In this document: piece by piece, positions 62,177 through 64,000 of the stretch
Layout of the letters: each line of letters opens with the position of its first letter
How positions within the stretch are numbered: the first letter of the stretch is position 1
Origin: a virus
Taxonomy: Duplodnaviria > Caudoviricetes
IMG/VR virus record: IMGVR_UViG_3300027374_000478
Location: 1-64,000 of that record
Length of the DNA: 64,000 nucleotides
Direction: 5' to 3' (one strand)
Notes under the pieces: model-generated
Seen by the model: the letters and a program-made list of their open reading frames with translations, nothing else
What the model was told of the DNA's origin: nothing
The model's database searches: none
Program-made: the position numbers and the translations under genes

Positions 62177-62791
62177 TGGCTAAGTCGTTTTTAATTTCTG
62201 CTTTGTCTGCCATCTATGGTTACACTGATTCCATGAGATATTGTTTCACCTTTACCATTTTTGATGGTTGGTTTTTCAAATGAAAATTTCTGAGGTATTA
62301 TTTTTGGTTTTGTCATATTTTAGTTATCTCCTTTAGTTTTGAGTGTTATATGTGTTTGGCTATTACTTCTACATTTTGATTTTGATAATGTTATAAATTT
62401 TAAACCTCTATTTTGAGCCGGTAGGAGAGTATATATACAGTAAAATATAAAATATGTAAAATATACCCCTGGTATATATGAAATGATTTATATTTTGAAA
62501 GGTTATGCTGATAATTTATATTTCTACATATGCAAAAATTAAGTTCTGAAAAAAATTTAATTTCCAAGTATTCCGTTAGAAATAAATTTGACTATGAATT
62601 AATATTTTTTTATATTAAATTATTGGAGCAATTTTGAATTTTGATATGCTATTTTCAATTTTCAATCACTATATGATAATTTATAAGTTATGGGGAATAA
62701 ATTGAATTTTTGGATATGATTTTTAGAAATAGATATAATAAAAAAATAGGATACAAGAAATTTGCATACTAAATATAATTTATTTCATTTA

Positions 62792-63757
62792 CTATGGCTT
62801 CAGCCAGTTGCTTTCAGGCTTGGCAATTAATCTGGCATTGTTATATGCCATATCTAAAGTCAAACATGTATGCCCCTGATAATAGTTCCCTATTTTGGTA
62901 ACTGTTAATGCCAGTGAAGGAATTTCATCGTCTTCTAAACATAAAGGTAATAATAATTGTATCTTTCCTTCGTAATATTGTGGAATTGCCAATTTGTAAT
63001 TAGCCGATACTTTCTTTTTCATTGTTTCAATTGAACCATTAAGATTATTGAGAATGTTTTTGCCGTCTTTTAATTTCTCAGGTATTCTATCAAAATTATT
63101 AATATCTTTTAGAATATGTTTGTAATTTATATTTATTTCATAGTGCCAATCAAACAATAATAGTGACGGATCTTCAAAATAATTTGCTTTTGGTGGTCTT
63201 TCAGATATATTAATATTTCCCAATTCATAAGCAGTAAGAAACTGTAATCCATTTTTATCATTATACGCATATATTGGCTGGTAAAATTCAGTAAATAATC
63301 CTGTATTCAAAAGTGCATAATCCTTATTGATAATAATATTTTTTTCTGATGATAGTTTTCTATAAGTATGTGCCATATAATTTGTAAGGATTTTTTTATC
63401 AGGATATGTTACACTTGACCATTCTTCTTTAGCTGCTAATTCTGATAGCTCATTGGTATAATCATTCCAGTTTACATTAAAATATGACATATATTCAAAT
63501 CCTTTCGTGCTAAGAAATATTGAATTAAGCATATCACATTTCTCAGATTCATGAAACGGAAATGTTGGCAAATTATGTGTTTCTATATCATATGACTCAT
63601 ATTCAGGTAATTCTTGTGGGATATTTGCATCAAGTTCAGATTTTGCCTTGCTGTATGCCTCCTGATCTGAATGTGCTTTTACTAAATAAATATGATTATA
63701 TGGTTCATATTCATATAATGGTGTTGTAGGTATTAGATATAATTTTTGAACTGTCAT
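62792..63757 (-). CDS. DUF3825-domain protein
   Basis: NTGL, AIPQYY.GKIQLLLPL, TCLTLDMAYNNARLI. Confidence 0.75.
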   Translation of the reverse strand: MTVQKLYLIPTTPLYEYEPYNHIYLVKAHSDQEAYSKAKSELDANIPQELPEYESYDIETHNLPTFPFHESEKCDMLNSIFLSTKGFEYMSYFNVNWNDYTNELSELAAKEEWSSVTYPDKKILTNYMAHTYRKLSSEKNIIINKDYALLNTGLFTEFYQPIYAYNDKNGLQFLTAYELGNINISERPPKANYFEDPSLLLFDWHYEININYKHILKDINNFDRIPEKLKDGKNILNNLNGSIETMKKKVSANYKLAIPQYYEGKIQLLLPLCLEDDEIPSLALTVTKIGNYYQGHTCLTLDMAYNNARLIAKPESNWLKP

Positions 63758-64000
63758 AATGTTGTCTCCTTTTAATTTTGTTTTGTAGTTATTTGATTAG
63801 TATTATGTTTATATATTCTCTTTTTTAAGGATGAAAACAAGAGTAATTTTATATGAGTTCGGTGAGAGGGTAGTTTTGATAGAGTTATAAAGTGTAAAAG
63901 GTATTGATTTTATTGGATATTTTAAGATTCTTAGATGATATTTTTTAAGAAAATTGAATAGTTGTTTTTCTATTTTAAATGTGATTTGGGTTTGGTTCGA

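Overview
AT-rich segment of a large SPbeta-like temperate siphophage or prophage, probably of a Clostridia/Lachnospiraceae-type host (host is inference). It is almost entirely encoded on the minus strand. From right to left: early/regulatory genes, a YonO-like single-subunit RNA polymerase, tRNAs and a candidate large ncRNA, terminase/portal/capsid, tail tube, cysteine desulfurase and holin-like genes, tape measure protein (TMP), Dit, tail spike and tail fibre. Main finding: the three apparent TMP fragments (21693-23609, 10588-14178, 7065-9125) are exons of one ~2,590-aa gene interrupted by two related group I introns. Neither intron carries a homing endonuclease; both carry accessory, defence-like cargo. 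Intron 2 (9233-10589) holds a complete type III ToxIN toxin-antitoxin locus in its P8 loop. Intron 1 appears to be a giant 7,418-nt intron (14287-21704). Its internal guide sequence pairs with the exact first bases of the downstream reading frame. Its P9 region holds about 8 genes, including a solo MazF/PemK toxin with a downstream sRNA, a DUF3800 gene with a repeat sRNA, and a small membrane peptide behind a pseudoknotted leader. A third, conventional HNH-encoding group I intron splits the RNAP catalytic motif (GAD|FDSD). All family assignments are from motif recognition by eye; no searches were run.
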